Assembly (NCBI RefSeq): GCF_000143415.4
Contig: NW_003314262.1
Span: 1,167,960-1,231,959 of the forward strand
Origin: Selaginella moellendorffii
Lineage: Eukaryota > Plantae > Lycopodiophyta
DNA: 64,000 bases
Reading direction: 5' to 3'
A program made the position numbers and the translations under genes. The notes under the pieces are model-generated. The model had not been told where the DNA came from and did not search any database. It worked only from the letters and a program-made list of their open reading frames with translations. Each line of letters opens with the position of its first letter. Position 1 is the stretch's first letter. Positions 12,370 to 24,536 of this stretch are shown piece after piece.

Positions 12370-13599
12370 TGTAAGCCATCAATTTTTCCTTTCCAATTTG
12401 CCAATTTACCTCATCTATCTGACTAATCCTGCTTTGGCCTTTGCTAAGTCCCCTTGCCAAGGTTCCCATATATTGCACCAGCCCCTATTTGGTCGTACTT
12501 GGTTTTAGCTACTCACTACATGATCAATGGAGCGTTAGCCCCTTCTGTCCAAGTTTCAACCTCAAGTCAGTTCGGAAGCACCATTGGAGAGTTCCTTCAA
12601 GACTGGTTCCTAGACCTCACTATCCCTACTATACTTTTGGAACCCCTTGCNNNNNNNNNNNNNNNNNNNNNNNNNNNNNNNNNNNNNNNNNNNNNNNNNN
12701 NNNNNNNNNNNNNNNNNNNNNNNNNNNNNNNNNNNNNNNNNNNNNNNNNNAAAAATTTTCAAAATGATTTTTAACAACACCTTCCCATAATTTCCTCCAA
12801 TAATAACCCAAAATGAAAATTAGTTCCAATTTTTTTCCAAAAATTTCCCCAAAACCACCCCTTTTCAACTGTTTTATCGTGGGGAAACCCAAAAAATTCC
12901 CTTAACAATTCCCCAAAAATCCCCCAATTTTCGGAAAAAACCGGTTTAACCCTTTTTAAACCCCCCTTAAAAAGGTTCCCAAAATTTCCCCCACCCCCCA
13001 TTAGCCCGAATTGGGTTTTACTTGCTCTTACCAACACAAAAGAGGGGTAAGCCCCTTTGACCCAATTTTAACCAAAATTCAATTTGAAAACCCCCTTGAA
13101 AAACCTTTTAAAAGTTCGTTCAAAAACCCTCCCTACCCCTCAAAATCTTTGAGAAACCCTTGGAAACCCCCCCCCCCCCCCCCCCCCCCCTCCCCCTCCT
13201 GGGAGACGCACGCTTTGGGCTTTCACCCCATGACCCGTATTAGTACTCGGACTTGGTCTCAGACTCGATCTCGGACTTGATCTTGGACCCAACTTTGGAC
13301 TCAGTCTCGGACTCGATCTCGGACTCGATCTCAAACCCAATCTCGGACTCGACTTCAGACTCGACCTCGGACTCGGTCTCGGACCAGATTCAAATCTCGG
13401 ACTCTGTCTTGAACTCGGTCTCGAACTCAGTCTCTAATTCGGCCTCGGACTTGATCCCGGACTCTATCTCAAACTTAGTCTTAGAGTCGGTCTTGGACTT
13501 AATCTTTGACTTGGTCCCATCCGATGAACTCTTTGTCATTTCGGTTATGCTTTCGGGGATCTTTTAGCCTATGACACCTTGGGGAGTTGGTTCCTTACA
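12370..13599 (-). repeat. LTR (family B), 3' LTR of the - strand chromovirus; spans the assembly gap
   Basis: 12370-12540 matches 15697-15870 and 13210-13599 matches 16080-16468. Termini are TGTAAG...CTTACA. A PPT-like GGGTGGTGGAG on the - strand abuts 13599. Continuity across the gap is not proven. Confidence 0.65.
12651..12750. other. Assembly gap (100 N), followed by low-quality homopolymer-rich sequence to ~13200
   Basis: Run of N. 12751-13200 is dominated by A/C/T/G runs typical of a read end. Confidence 0.95.
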
Positions 13600-15232
13600 A
13601 CTCCACCACCCATAGAAGAAGTTCGATGCCCACATTGAACATCTCTTTTTTATCCTACGACTTGTTGACCATGTCTTTGGGGGCATCCCCCCACTTAGCG
13701 GTGTGTCTAAGTTAGCCTCCCCAGCCAAGAGCCCATGACAACGGAATATAGGTGTCCCTATACTCGTCACCTCACCATGCCCTAGTATGGGGTCCAAACT
13801 TGAACCCAACCTTGGTTTATTAGGGGGTTGGGACTCGAACCCAACCTCTGTAGAATACGTCTATGGATTTGACATCTCAGCGGGGAGTCGGGCGTAGTTC
13901 CCTATGCTTGGTCGACTTAGCTAACCCATGCTAATTATCTTACCTTCGGCGCGCTTTCGGGTCCCAATATATGCCATTGCTCAACTTCACAATTTGATAC
14001 TTTAATTGAACTTTCCATAAGTACATAGAGTTCTGCCTTGTAGGAATTCCTCCACTAGATCTCGCGCGTTCGCTAGGTTCTCCTTTGGTTCCCATGTTGC
14101 TCGTAGTGTGGAAATCCTTTCCACTTCACATGGAACTCTCTCACCTCGTGTCTTTGTTGCTTGCTCTTGCGCGCATTGAGGATGGCCTCGACTTCATATT
14201 CCTCTTCCCCTTGGATAACCTCAGGTAAAGGTCTTATTTGGTCTTTGCAAAGCAAATCCTCAAAGTACAGCTTGAGTAAGTTCACGTGGAACACTGGGTG
14301 CATCTTCCCCATCTCTCAAGGAAGTCAGAAACAGTAAGCCACTTTACCGATTCGTGCCTCAATCTTGTAAAGCCCTGCAAACTTGCTTAAGGAACTTAAG
14401 ATCAATTCATTTACAAGAATACATGCATTTTTACTTTTGGGTCAACTTCCAGCTGATCCCACTTGGTAACCTTAGGTTCTTGGTGTTCAACCACACCTTT
14501 TCCCCAACTTGGAACTCTACATCCTAGCACTTCTAGTTCGCGTACTTGATTTGCCTTTGTTGAGCCCGTTCCAAGGAATCCTTTGCTTGATTCCAAATAT
14601 TGAGTCTTTCTGCCATGAATGCCTCCACTATAGGTAACTCTCCATGATATTCTGCCACACCAAGTTCCACAAGACCTTCAATAGCTCGCCCATTGATGAC
14701 TTCCCATGGACTCACCCCGATACTCAAGTGTGATGAGTTGTTATAGCACATTTCCATAAGTCTTAAATGACTTACCTAATCAGTCTGGTCTCCCGAGACA
14801 TAGCATCGCAAATAATCCTCCAACTGCCTATTCACCCTTTATAGTTTGTCCGTCTGTCAAAAAATATTAGTGCCATCAAACTTGACTTTACCTAATACCT
14901 ATCTGTGGGTGATAGGCTGTGCTGAATTTCAACTTAGTGCAATAATATTCCAAGAGAGTTCTCTAGAACCTACTAGTGAAGATTTTATCTCGATATGAGA
15001 TGATCTCTTTTGGCCTTCCCCGCATTCAAACCACTTGTTTGAAGAATAGCTTCACCACACCTTTGCTCACAACATTGTGCAATGCCACTTCCGTTATGGT
15101 AGGTATGAAATGTGCCATCTTTGAAAATTGGTCCACCACCACGAATATCGCATTGAACCCCTCGCTTGGGGGGAGTCCCGTGATAAAGTCCATCGTAAGA
15201 CATTCCACGGCCGATTTGGAACTGGGATGCTT
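13600..15232 (-). mobile_element. Degenerate Ty3/gypsy chromovirus integrase, chromodomain and 3' UTR
   Basis: [31 protein letters not shown]; FSTAYHPQ; KFAGLYKI (GPF-type); HPVFHVNLLK; chromodomain YEVEAILN...VKWKGFP. Confidence 0.9.
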
Positions 15233-15690
15233 TGTAACAAGCCCCCACTAGCTTGTGGGGGGTTCCAAATGTATAGTAGGGATAGTGGGTAAGTTGGACA
15301 TGGCTGACCAACTTGAGGTATAGTTTATCTCCCACTTGCATGCCTGTCTTTTTTGTGCGTCCATCTTGGATCTAATCCCAAGTTTCATACTATGTTAACT
15401 GGTGGAGTACCCATATCCTTGCATTAGGCCACTTGTATGCTAAGATAATACTAAACTTTGTTTGGTTCCATTTTGCATACTGGTCCTAGTATTAGGATGT
15501 TGGATGCTCTAGGATTGTTCCAAGCCACTTTATGCTCCTATCCCTTTGTTCCTTCAACTATATACTCGAAAGTTATTCTATGCTATAGTGCCATTGCTCT
15601 TTGGCTCCATGCTTAGAAGTTTGACTTTATTTTTTTATTTAGTGGCCCAAGGCCCTAAATCTTGAGTTCCACTCCATTGTCCTTTGGACA
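15233..15690. mobile_element. Probable LTR fragment of another element truncating the integrase
   Basis: Integrase homology stops at TGTAACAAGCCCCC. 15257-15289 is the reverse complement of 12619-12647 (CACTATCCCTACTATAC..TTGGAACCCC). Confidence 0.45.
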
Positions 15691-15696
15691 TGTGGC

Positions 15697-16468
15697 TGTA
15701 AGCCACAATTTTTTTTCCTTTCCAATTTGCCAGCTTACCTCGTCTATCCGACCAACTTTGCCTTGGCTTCTGCTAAGTTCCCTCACCAAGGTTCTCGCCT
15801 ATGGTACCAGCTCCTACTTGGTCCTACTTGGTTTCAGTTACTCACTGCACGAGCAACGGAGTGTTAGCCATCCATCTACGGATTCCCAAATCTCTCCCAA
15901 TCCCCCTCCCCGGGTTAGACTGGACTTAAGGTTCGGCTACACTCCACGCAGGCACAAGCAGCCAAGCACACCAAGCCTCCAGATTCCTAACACCCCTTGG
16001 TACCATAAGACTTGATCATGGGACCCTCTAAATCCCAAGCCTTGGGTGCAGCACTTGCTTCGGGACATCGGGGCGAAACACGCTTTGGGCTTTCACCCCT
16101 TGAGCTGTATTAGTATGTGGACTTAGTCTCAGAATCGATCTCGGACTCGATCTCGGACCCAACTTTGGACTCGGTCTCGGACTCGATCTCGGACTCGATC
16201 TCGGACCCGATCTCAGACTCGACTTCGGACTCGACCTCTGACTCGGTCTCGGACCCGATTTGGATCTCGGACTTCGTCTCAAACTCGGTCTCGATCTTGG
16301 TCTCCGATTCGGCCTCGGCTCAATCCCGGACTCTATCTCAAACTCGGTCTCAGAGTCGGTCTTGGACTCGATCTTCGACTCGGTCCCATCCGATGAACTC
16401 TTTGTCATTTCGGTCAAGCTTTCGGGGATCTTTTAGCCTACGACATCTCGGGGAGTCGGTTCCTTACA
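15697..16468 (-). mobile_element. Solo LTR (family B)
   Basis: TGTAAG...CTTACA termini with flanks GTGGC/ATGGC (4/5 TSD match). Contains a GGACTCGATCTC-type array. Confidence 0.8.
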
Positions 16469-18243
16469 ATGGCATGTGGCACATAGAATGTGACATGTGG
16501 CATGTGGAGGTCTTAGGTTCTGCTTCGTGGTTATCCTATGGTAAATCACCTAGGATAAAAGGTAAAAACCACATTATGGGCAATAGCAGTGTCAACTTCC
16601 ATTAGAAAAAGATCATCTCCCACAAAAAGGATATGCAGTGATAAATAGGAGAAGTGATATGTCATAGTTTTGTGCCAATCAAAGGGTGTCATCAAAAGTG
16701 GTTGAAGCTAGTGCATGTGTAAGCCCTATAAGATTTTAACGAAATGCTGGCCACAAGATTTTTAACTTGATTCACTTTGAAATATTGGGCTTTACAGGAA
16801 TCAAAAGGCTTCGAAAGCAAACACCAAATTGCATTACTAACTCAATTGACTCTTCAAAGAGATGATACAATTGTTAGAATGCATTATTATAGTTATCATT
16901 ATGTCCAAATATATGTTAGACATATATTGTAATTATTGTAAAGTGATTGAACCTATCATCCCCAAGATTCCCTTAGAAGAACTCTGGCCGGACATAACAA
17001 TTGGTAACAAGAGCTACACCACACACTATGCTTGCCACCATCAATTGAGATTAATTGTTCAGTTACAACCACATAGCATTAAGACATTACACCAATCTTG
17101 TTTCAGAGTCAAATGAGGAGGCTGCTACTTTGCCATAAAATTGAATGAAGAGAGGCAAAGCTAAAGTGAAGATATTGAAAGTTACATAAATAAAGGAGAT
17201 TTAAATGATGCAAAAGCTAAATATAAATAAAAAACACAAATCCAAACACTTCTCAGAGTTGCCTCTCTCTTTCACTAATATAAATGCATAAAATATGGAA
17301 ATGGAATATAAAAATATGCATATTTAATTAGCCCCAAAACGCATTAGAACAAGTGGTCCAGATTAAAACTAATCTGATGCTATTATGCTAATATTAGTAC
17401 AACATCGTAGTAGTAAACTTGGACCTTATAAATAGAATATTAAAGGAATCTCAAAAGTATGCATTCACCTAACTTTTTTATAAAAATTTACAATGAGATT
17501 TTTTTAAATAATTTTATTAATCAAATTCTATAATCTTATAAATAATGATCTTCACTTGATAATGTTTAACACAATATTAATATTTTATTCATTTCTATAA
17601 ATAATTAATTATATATTCTAAAATTCTAGAGTAATATGCAAGAAACAAGATTTTTTATTTTTTTAATTCAAGTTTGTATTTTCCAATATTTGAATAGAAA
17701 AATGGTGTTGTGCAATGATTTTCTTAAGAAAATGAAAATTTATTTATAATTTAATTATTTTTATAAAATTATAATTATAATTAAAACTATTTTTCATAAA
17801 TATATTTTTAAATAACTTAAACTTGAATAATTATATAATTACATCAATTTTTATATAAAAGGAAATATTGAGGATCATAATCAATTATTGGTTTTTATTA
17901 TTAGATTTTTTGGTGTTATTTATAATATTTTTAAAAATACAGTTTATTTATGACTTTATATTTATCTAGAATATTCTGGATATGCTGGCATATTCTACTA
18001 TCTAACAGTGGTTGTTCATTTAAACTAACCTTATGTTTAATATAATTTATAACTATGTTTATAATTTATTAAAACCTCCCTCCAAATATATTCTATATAA
18101 AGTTTGTATAGTAAGGTTTTGTTTTAGGTTTCCTTAATTAGTAGTGGATTTACCTAGAATATGTTTTGATACTCTAGCATATTCTACCATTCAGCACTAC
18201 TATAATTAGTGTATATCCTAGGTAGGATGATACATATTTTACC

Positions 18244-18262
18244 CACACACACACACACACAG

Positions 18263-18293
<31 letters not shown>

Positions 18294-18314
18294 GATATAT
18301 ATATATACATATAC

Positions 18315-18360
<46 letters not shown>

Positions 18361-18370
18361 ATGTATATGT
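18244..18370. repeat. Compound (CA)n/(TA)n microsatellite
   Basis: Directly visible. Confidence 0.95.
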
Positions 18371-19785
18371 TAATAATAGAGTAATTAATCACTAGGTTTT
18401 AGCTAATAAGACCAAATGGGATTAACACATGAGTAATGCCTTTGAACTAAAGCAAGGGTTTCCAAAACCACTACCATCCACAAAACACTATTGCATCAAA
18501 TGATACATCTTATCTCTAAGTCTTCCTACTAGTCATCCTCTAAGACCACAGTTAACATGAACTCACTACCATCAAGTAGTGTTTTCACATTGCCACTAGA
18601 AATATGGTTATAGGTGAAGAGTGATAAGAAGTTTGGCATCAAGTCACTCCAAGGCATTTGTGATGATATCTTTGTTGAAAATTTACAAGTCAAAGGGCAT
18701 AAGAAGATGTTCCTACCTTATACTTTTATTATGGCTAGACCAAACGATTTTTTTTTGACAAACCAAGTCAATATAAAGAGGCTAGTATTAGTACTAGCCT
18801 TTGCTAGTTTTGTGGAGTTCATACCACATGTTATGTCAAGCTTGTTAAGAGCTTTTTGCCTTACAATCTGTCAATCAAACTTTTAAGTTTATGGCCCACA
18901 ATCAAAGGTACCAAAGGTAAGTTTTTCTTTTGCTCCAAATGCTGTTTCTTATGTTTTATAGTTTGGATAACGATGAGATCTTTTTCCATTTTTACCTATA
19001 AAAAACTAAGAGTTACTAAAGTAGGATTGAGGAGCAGAAAATCTTGGTAACTTGCCATCAAAAACTGATGGAGAACCTAAAGAATCTATGCCTTTATATT
19101 TCTTAAATATTGGAACTTTGAAGCACAGCTAAGCTCTTGACCTGGCACTAAATAACAAAGACTTACCTAGACTATAGTATACCTTCTTGAGATTATTTAC
19201 CACCTAATCACCTTGAGCTACTTTAAAAACTCCACTATATTATAAGCCTTTAAGGTAGGTTATACCTTAAAATACTCTTAAACTAACCTTTCACCCATGG
19301 CCAAAACATGCCTCTCCCCCTCTCCCCCTTGCCCCCCCCCACCCCCAAATCTAGAGCAGCTACTAAACTATAAATCAATTCGTAATCCCAACTAAGATGA
19401 CTTCTAAATATAGCAAATTAAGGATTTAATTTTGTTCCACTATACTTACTGTTATAAGCACTAAAAAAAGATTAGATCCCACTTTTAGCTAATATAGTGT
19501 AATATATTCTTCACTACTCAGTATACCCATTTATTTAGAAATGATTTCCACTCAAGAGCTTTAAAGTCATTTGCATAACCTTCATAAAGCATTAGTCTTG
19601 ACATGTAAACCAAAATTAAAATCCTTGTTAAAGGTTTTGGGATACTTGAGGTTAAATGTCTTTAGGTTTGAATAGTATTGGGTTGGAAAGTCCAAATTCA
19701 GAAGCTTACATTTGGCATTAAAGGCGTCTTGGGTTTGGTTAACAGATTTAATTTGCCTTTAGTTGGGCTCAACCTGAGGGGTAGG

Positions 19786-21106
19786 TGTAAGTGACTAAAT
19801 TTTCCATTCTACTTTAGTTACTTAACTACACTTTTTGACAATTTAGAAGAGTCTTACTCACAACCTCTATAAGTTATATTCCTAACTTAGGGATATACCA
19901 GCCTCGTGAATGGCATTTATGCCATTTAGCCTTTGCACTTAGTCTAAGTGCTCCACACATCTGATCCCATGACAAACACCTCAAAAGTATTATTGACATC
20001 TTAGCCTATTACACTAATGCCATTATTAATACTCCAAGACCACACATGCCAAAGCTATCTATTTATGAGTGGTTATCCTAGGACCACACCTTAGCATCCT
20101 TAAGATAACTGAAGACAAAAGGAACACCCTTCCCCAATGTCCCTTCTTCAATCCTCAGTAAGTCTTTCTTTATCTACAGCCGTACTCACCAACACTACCA
20201 TTGGGCCTAACCACTAAATCTTACTGATATCTAGAACTTCCTTACCACTATACAAGGAAATTGCTCCTCTTTCTTTCTATAGTTTATGACTTTAGGATGA
20301 TAATTCAAAATACTGTAGCCTTACGCAAACCTCGTGGGTACTCACCCCACTTTCCACCGTTAAGTGCCTTAGCCATATGGCTAGAGCGAGGTTCCGATGA
20401 GCTACACCAAGTATTCAAGTAGGTAGTACCACCTATACTTGGATTGAAAACATCAACCATTCTATCTCTCGGGAAAGCTAGAGTTGACTCTTGAACACTT
20501 TACCAAATAACCCCACTTACCCATCTATGTTCACTTTAACTTTAGACTCTTCAGTAATTATATCATTACCCACCATATGAGTATAACCTTCCTTGGTCAC
20601 ACTGGTCTTTCCTGGCCAAACTGGTTCCACTTGAGTCCTCCCTCTACTATCCTTTTGGAGTTCACTAAACCCTCTAGGGTCTAGGAGACAATTGCTTTGG
20701 GCTTTCACCCTCAAACACAAACTTGGACTTAGAGATTCAATTTTGGTTTTGGTTTTGGTTTCAGTCTCGATCTTGGTCTTAGTCTCGGTCCTAGTCTTGA
20801 TCCCCATCTCGAACTACTTCTCAGACTCCCTTTTAGACTCCATCTCAAACTTCTTCTCAAACTCAATCCTGACACTCCCATGTGTCATAAGACTTGCTAT
20901 GTGTCTATCTTTCTTATGTCACTTTTTAGAGACTCATTCACCAATTACTTTGTGCTCATTCTTTAAGCACTTTGTTCGGAGTTTCACTCCCACTCTCAAC
21001 TTTCTGAGTTAGAGTTTTTGGTCTAAACATGTTACATTTGTTGGACTTCCACTTTAACCACTAGTATATAGCATTTACTTTAGGGATTAATGATTTGTGT
21101 TTTATA
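19786..21106 (-). mobile_element. Old, heavily mutated solo LTR of family A
   Basis: Reverse-complement homology to 1057-2811 end to end. Flanks GTAGG/ATAGA could be a decayed TSD. Confidence 0.8.
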
Positions 21107-21956
21107 ATAGAGTGTTAAGAGAGTGGGGTTCTTAGAAGAGTTGCGGCTCTTAAGTTTCATTCACAAGGGCATAAATTTATAGAAAAATGTGATGGCTTAT
21201 AAGCAACTAAAGAGAATTGACTTAAGGAATAATTTATAAAAGTTCAAATATAGAGGGAAAGGGTCTGTAAAAAAAGTACACCTCTTTTTTCAATCAATTA
21301 AAGATCTTAGGATACTTAAATTTAAATGTCTTTAGTTTGAATAATATTAGGTTGGGTGACTTCTTAGGAAGTTTAAATTCAAGAGATTATAATAGCTTCT
21401 TTTGTGACACTTAAAAAAATCTTGCATAACTTAACTTTTATATTCCTTTAATAAAAATTATACCATGTTGACTATGCAGTCAAAGCTGACAACTCTCCTC
21501 ATTCTATGTGATAGGCTCCCACTGCAGAGCAGGAGTGTTACTTAGCAGCTCAAAGCCAACTCTTTATAATACTCTTTGTAATGTTCCAAGTGACCTTGTC
21601 TATTACTGGTTGGGGTTCTAAATCCTATTACAACATGGCTACACTCCAATGAATCATCAAATTGGAACATGAGGAAGGAATCAGTCTCAAACGGTACTAG
21701 ACTTGCAAACGACCAAGCAACTAGACAGTGTGGCCAGGTCTAGAAAGCTGCAATAGACTCCATCGTCTTATTTGAGCGCTTCATACCTTATATCACTAAA
21801 AGGTATAACTATGGTCAATAAAAGTCGTGGCCAGGGTGGTTTTAACGTGATGATCATGACCCACGACCCTCCATATATAATGCTTGTCCTAAACTACAAT
21901 CTTTCCTCTACCAGCCATCAAAAAATCACTACTGCTTGTTCTTCATCTCCATCGCT

Positions 21957-22947
21957 ATGACAACGAGATCCTTCGTGAGCCTGGTGGCAGCGCTCCTGTG
22001 TGTGATCCACCTCGTCACTGCTGCTAATCCTCGATGGAACCAGCACTTCAAGGTGATCTGGGGAAAGCACCACGTCCGAGAGACCAACAACGGCCAGTCG
22101 ATGCAAATGGTCCTCGACAAATCATCTGGTAAGCAAACTCACGATCAAATCCATCAATTTTATCTGTGCGTGTCTGCTAGGATCGGCTTTCCAATCGTAT
22201 GAAAGGTACAAGTTTGGCTACCTGAGTGTACGCATGAAGCTCGTCCCCAACAATTCAGCCGGAGTGGTCACCACCTTGTATCTCTCGTCGACATCTTCCA
22301 ACCACGACGAATTGGACTTTGAGTTCCTGGGAAACAAGTCCGGCCAGCCATACATCCTCCACACCAACATCTTCGTCAACGGTGTCGGATCACGAGAGAC
22401 GCGCTACTCCCTCTGGTTTGATCCTGCCAAAGACTTCCACACCTATGCCTTCCTCTGGAACCGGCACCAGATCGTGTAAGTAACTCTGGCCTCACAACCA
22501 CCAAGCCCATGAAAAACTTTGATCTATTCTCTTTCCTTGTTTCATCCATCTATCAGCTTCTTTGTCGACTCCATTCCTGTTCGAGTTCTACGGAACACTC
22601 CGACGACCATCTATCCTTCACAGCCAATGTATGTCTATGGAAGTATTTGGAACGGGGACAACTGGGCGACCCGAGGAGGCCTGGACAAGATCGACTGGAA
22701 CTCTGCACCCTTCCTGGCCGAGATTGGCAGTTACAACTTGGATTCGTGTCCGTGGAGTGATCCCTTCCCTCTGTGCATTACCACCACTTGGGAGAAGTGG
22801 TGGGATCAGCCTGGATCCTGGACACTGAGCCCTTCGCAGCGGAGTTCCTATCTGTGGGTGCAGAAGAACTTCCTCATCTACGACTACTGCACTGATGCCA
22901 AACGCTATCCAGTCCCCCCAAAGGAATGCAAGCTCTCGCCTTGGTAA
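21957..22947 (+). CDS. XTH: Xyloglucan endotransglucosylase/hydrolase (GH16), 3 exons
   Basis: Signal peptide, catalytic [23 protein letters not shown]-terminal [12 protein letters not shown]...EC; GT-AG introns. Confidence 0.96.
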
Positions 22948-22959
22948 ACACACAGCGAC

Positions 22960-24455
22960 TCACTTCCAAGAGGAACTCCTGTCAGTCCGGAAATAACAGT
23001 TCGTGTTTGTTTAGAATATAGAGAAAGAAAAGAAACTTACATAATTCGCTGGGATCTTCCTGCGAGCTCCGCCATCACAGCCGGCTGTTGTTTCCTTCGA
23101 TGCTTGTCAATGGTTTGCATTGTCATAGATCCCACCTTGTCAAAAGCAACCTGAAACAACGTGTCACGCATGTTTGCTCAAGGCAGTCACACTGTAAGAG
23201 ATCGAAATTTACCTTAAACAGCACATCCGGATCAAACGACCGTCTTGCAAAGTCTTGCACAACCTTGACCAATTCATCTGCATGTTTCATGGGCAGAAGT
23301 TCTTCTTCCTTCATCTGTAAGAATTCATGATACACATTAATGCTCGTGACAGACAAAAAACAAAAACGAGATAAAATTTCAGACCTTTAAGATGCCCAAA
23401 GCAAATCTGAATAGCACTTTTGCTCCCTCATTGAAGAGAACGTCCCAAATTCTCATTGTTGTCTGAAAGAGAAGCTGTAACCACAAGCACAGACCAAAGC
23501 AAACACGGAGTGTTACCTCCGATGGTAGTGTTTTCGCAAAAAGGCACAGAAACCATTCGGTTGTTAGCAGCGACACATCAAAATCCATCGCCTCAAAATG
23601 AAGCGCCAGCCTAGAAACAGAAGAACAACTTAAGCACTTCCTTAACATAAAAAAAACCCAACCTCGTGCATTTCTTTCTCAAGAGCTCTTTGAATACTCG
23701 CTGCTCGATGTGGCATCCATATAGATTGTCCGAGTAAGTGTCCGAAAGCAAGACGTTCTCCAGCAGCACAGCCAGCATCCAGAACGCGTCCTCTTCGGTT
23801 TTCATGACCACGAGCAGTAATCCTGCCACAAAATTCATTCCCTGGATGGACGCGTGCCTGAGCAACACAGAAGAAAAGAACCGAAGCTAGCGATTTACCT
23901 GACAGTATCCAACTCGCGAATCACGAAAGGAGTAAGCCACCAACACTCGCCGGAGCGTCTGCTGGCCAGCCGGAGAGCTGAGCCATGGGTGCGTTGGAAA
24001 CGTTCTATCCAAGTCCTGGATAAGAAAAGAGGAGCTTAACAAAGTCACTGGAAAAATCCCGAGAGAGATCTTACGTGATCGATCTGGCGAGTGGCAGCAG
24101 TCGTTTTGTCGCGAACAGCATCGACGAGATCCTTGTAATAGCTGTGTGGAACAGTGGATCTCTTCTTGGCGGCGCCGGAGAGGAAGAGCCAAATCCTGGG
24201 GCGGAGCTGCGGGGGGATCCCTTTCCTGATGAGCATTCTCAGCTGTATGGCATTGAATGCCGCGATGAACGAAAGGGATTGCTGCGCCTGGCAATGGAGA
24301 TACCAGGCGGCGCCCTTGCTCGCTTCCAGCTCCCACCATTGCCGCCCGCGCTCGCGCACTCGATCCTTGACTCGCTCCACCACTGCGGCGTCCTCGGCGC
24401 ACACATCGACGGTGAAACAATGCAGGTCACGGATTTGGATCATCCTCCTCTTCAT
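22960..24455 (-). CDS. TBC-domain Rab GTPase-activating protein, multi-exon
   Basis: IRKGIPPQLRPRIW, QIDH/DLDRTFP, VGYCQ/GMNFVAG, TEWFLCLF, RIWDVLF. The small last exon (SSSWK*) is inferred from splice sites. Confidence 0.92.
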
Positions 24456-24482
24456 CGTCGCTCATTCCATCGACTGACTTAT

Positions 24483-24506
24483 AAACCCTAAACGAAGAAC
24501 CCTAAA
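24483..24506 (-). promoter_or_regulatory. Telo-box pair upstream of the TBC gene
   Basis: AAACCCTAA and AACCCTAA lie ~30-50 bp upstream of the ATG. Similar boxes occur at 32342, 35171, 39046, 45683, 47008/47050 and 51381. Confidence 0.65.
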
Positions 24507-24536
24507 AGCTCAACGGTCTCTTTTTTTCCCCCTTTC

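Noticed and set aside
12751-13200. Unusual homopolymer-rich sequence and its ORFs
   Set aside because: Adjacent to the gap; looks like low-quality read end.
18174-18392. 72-aa Tyr/Ile ORF
   Set aside because: Translation of the (TA)n microsatellite.
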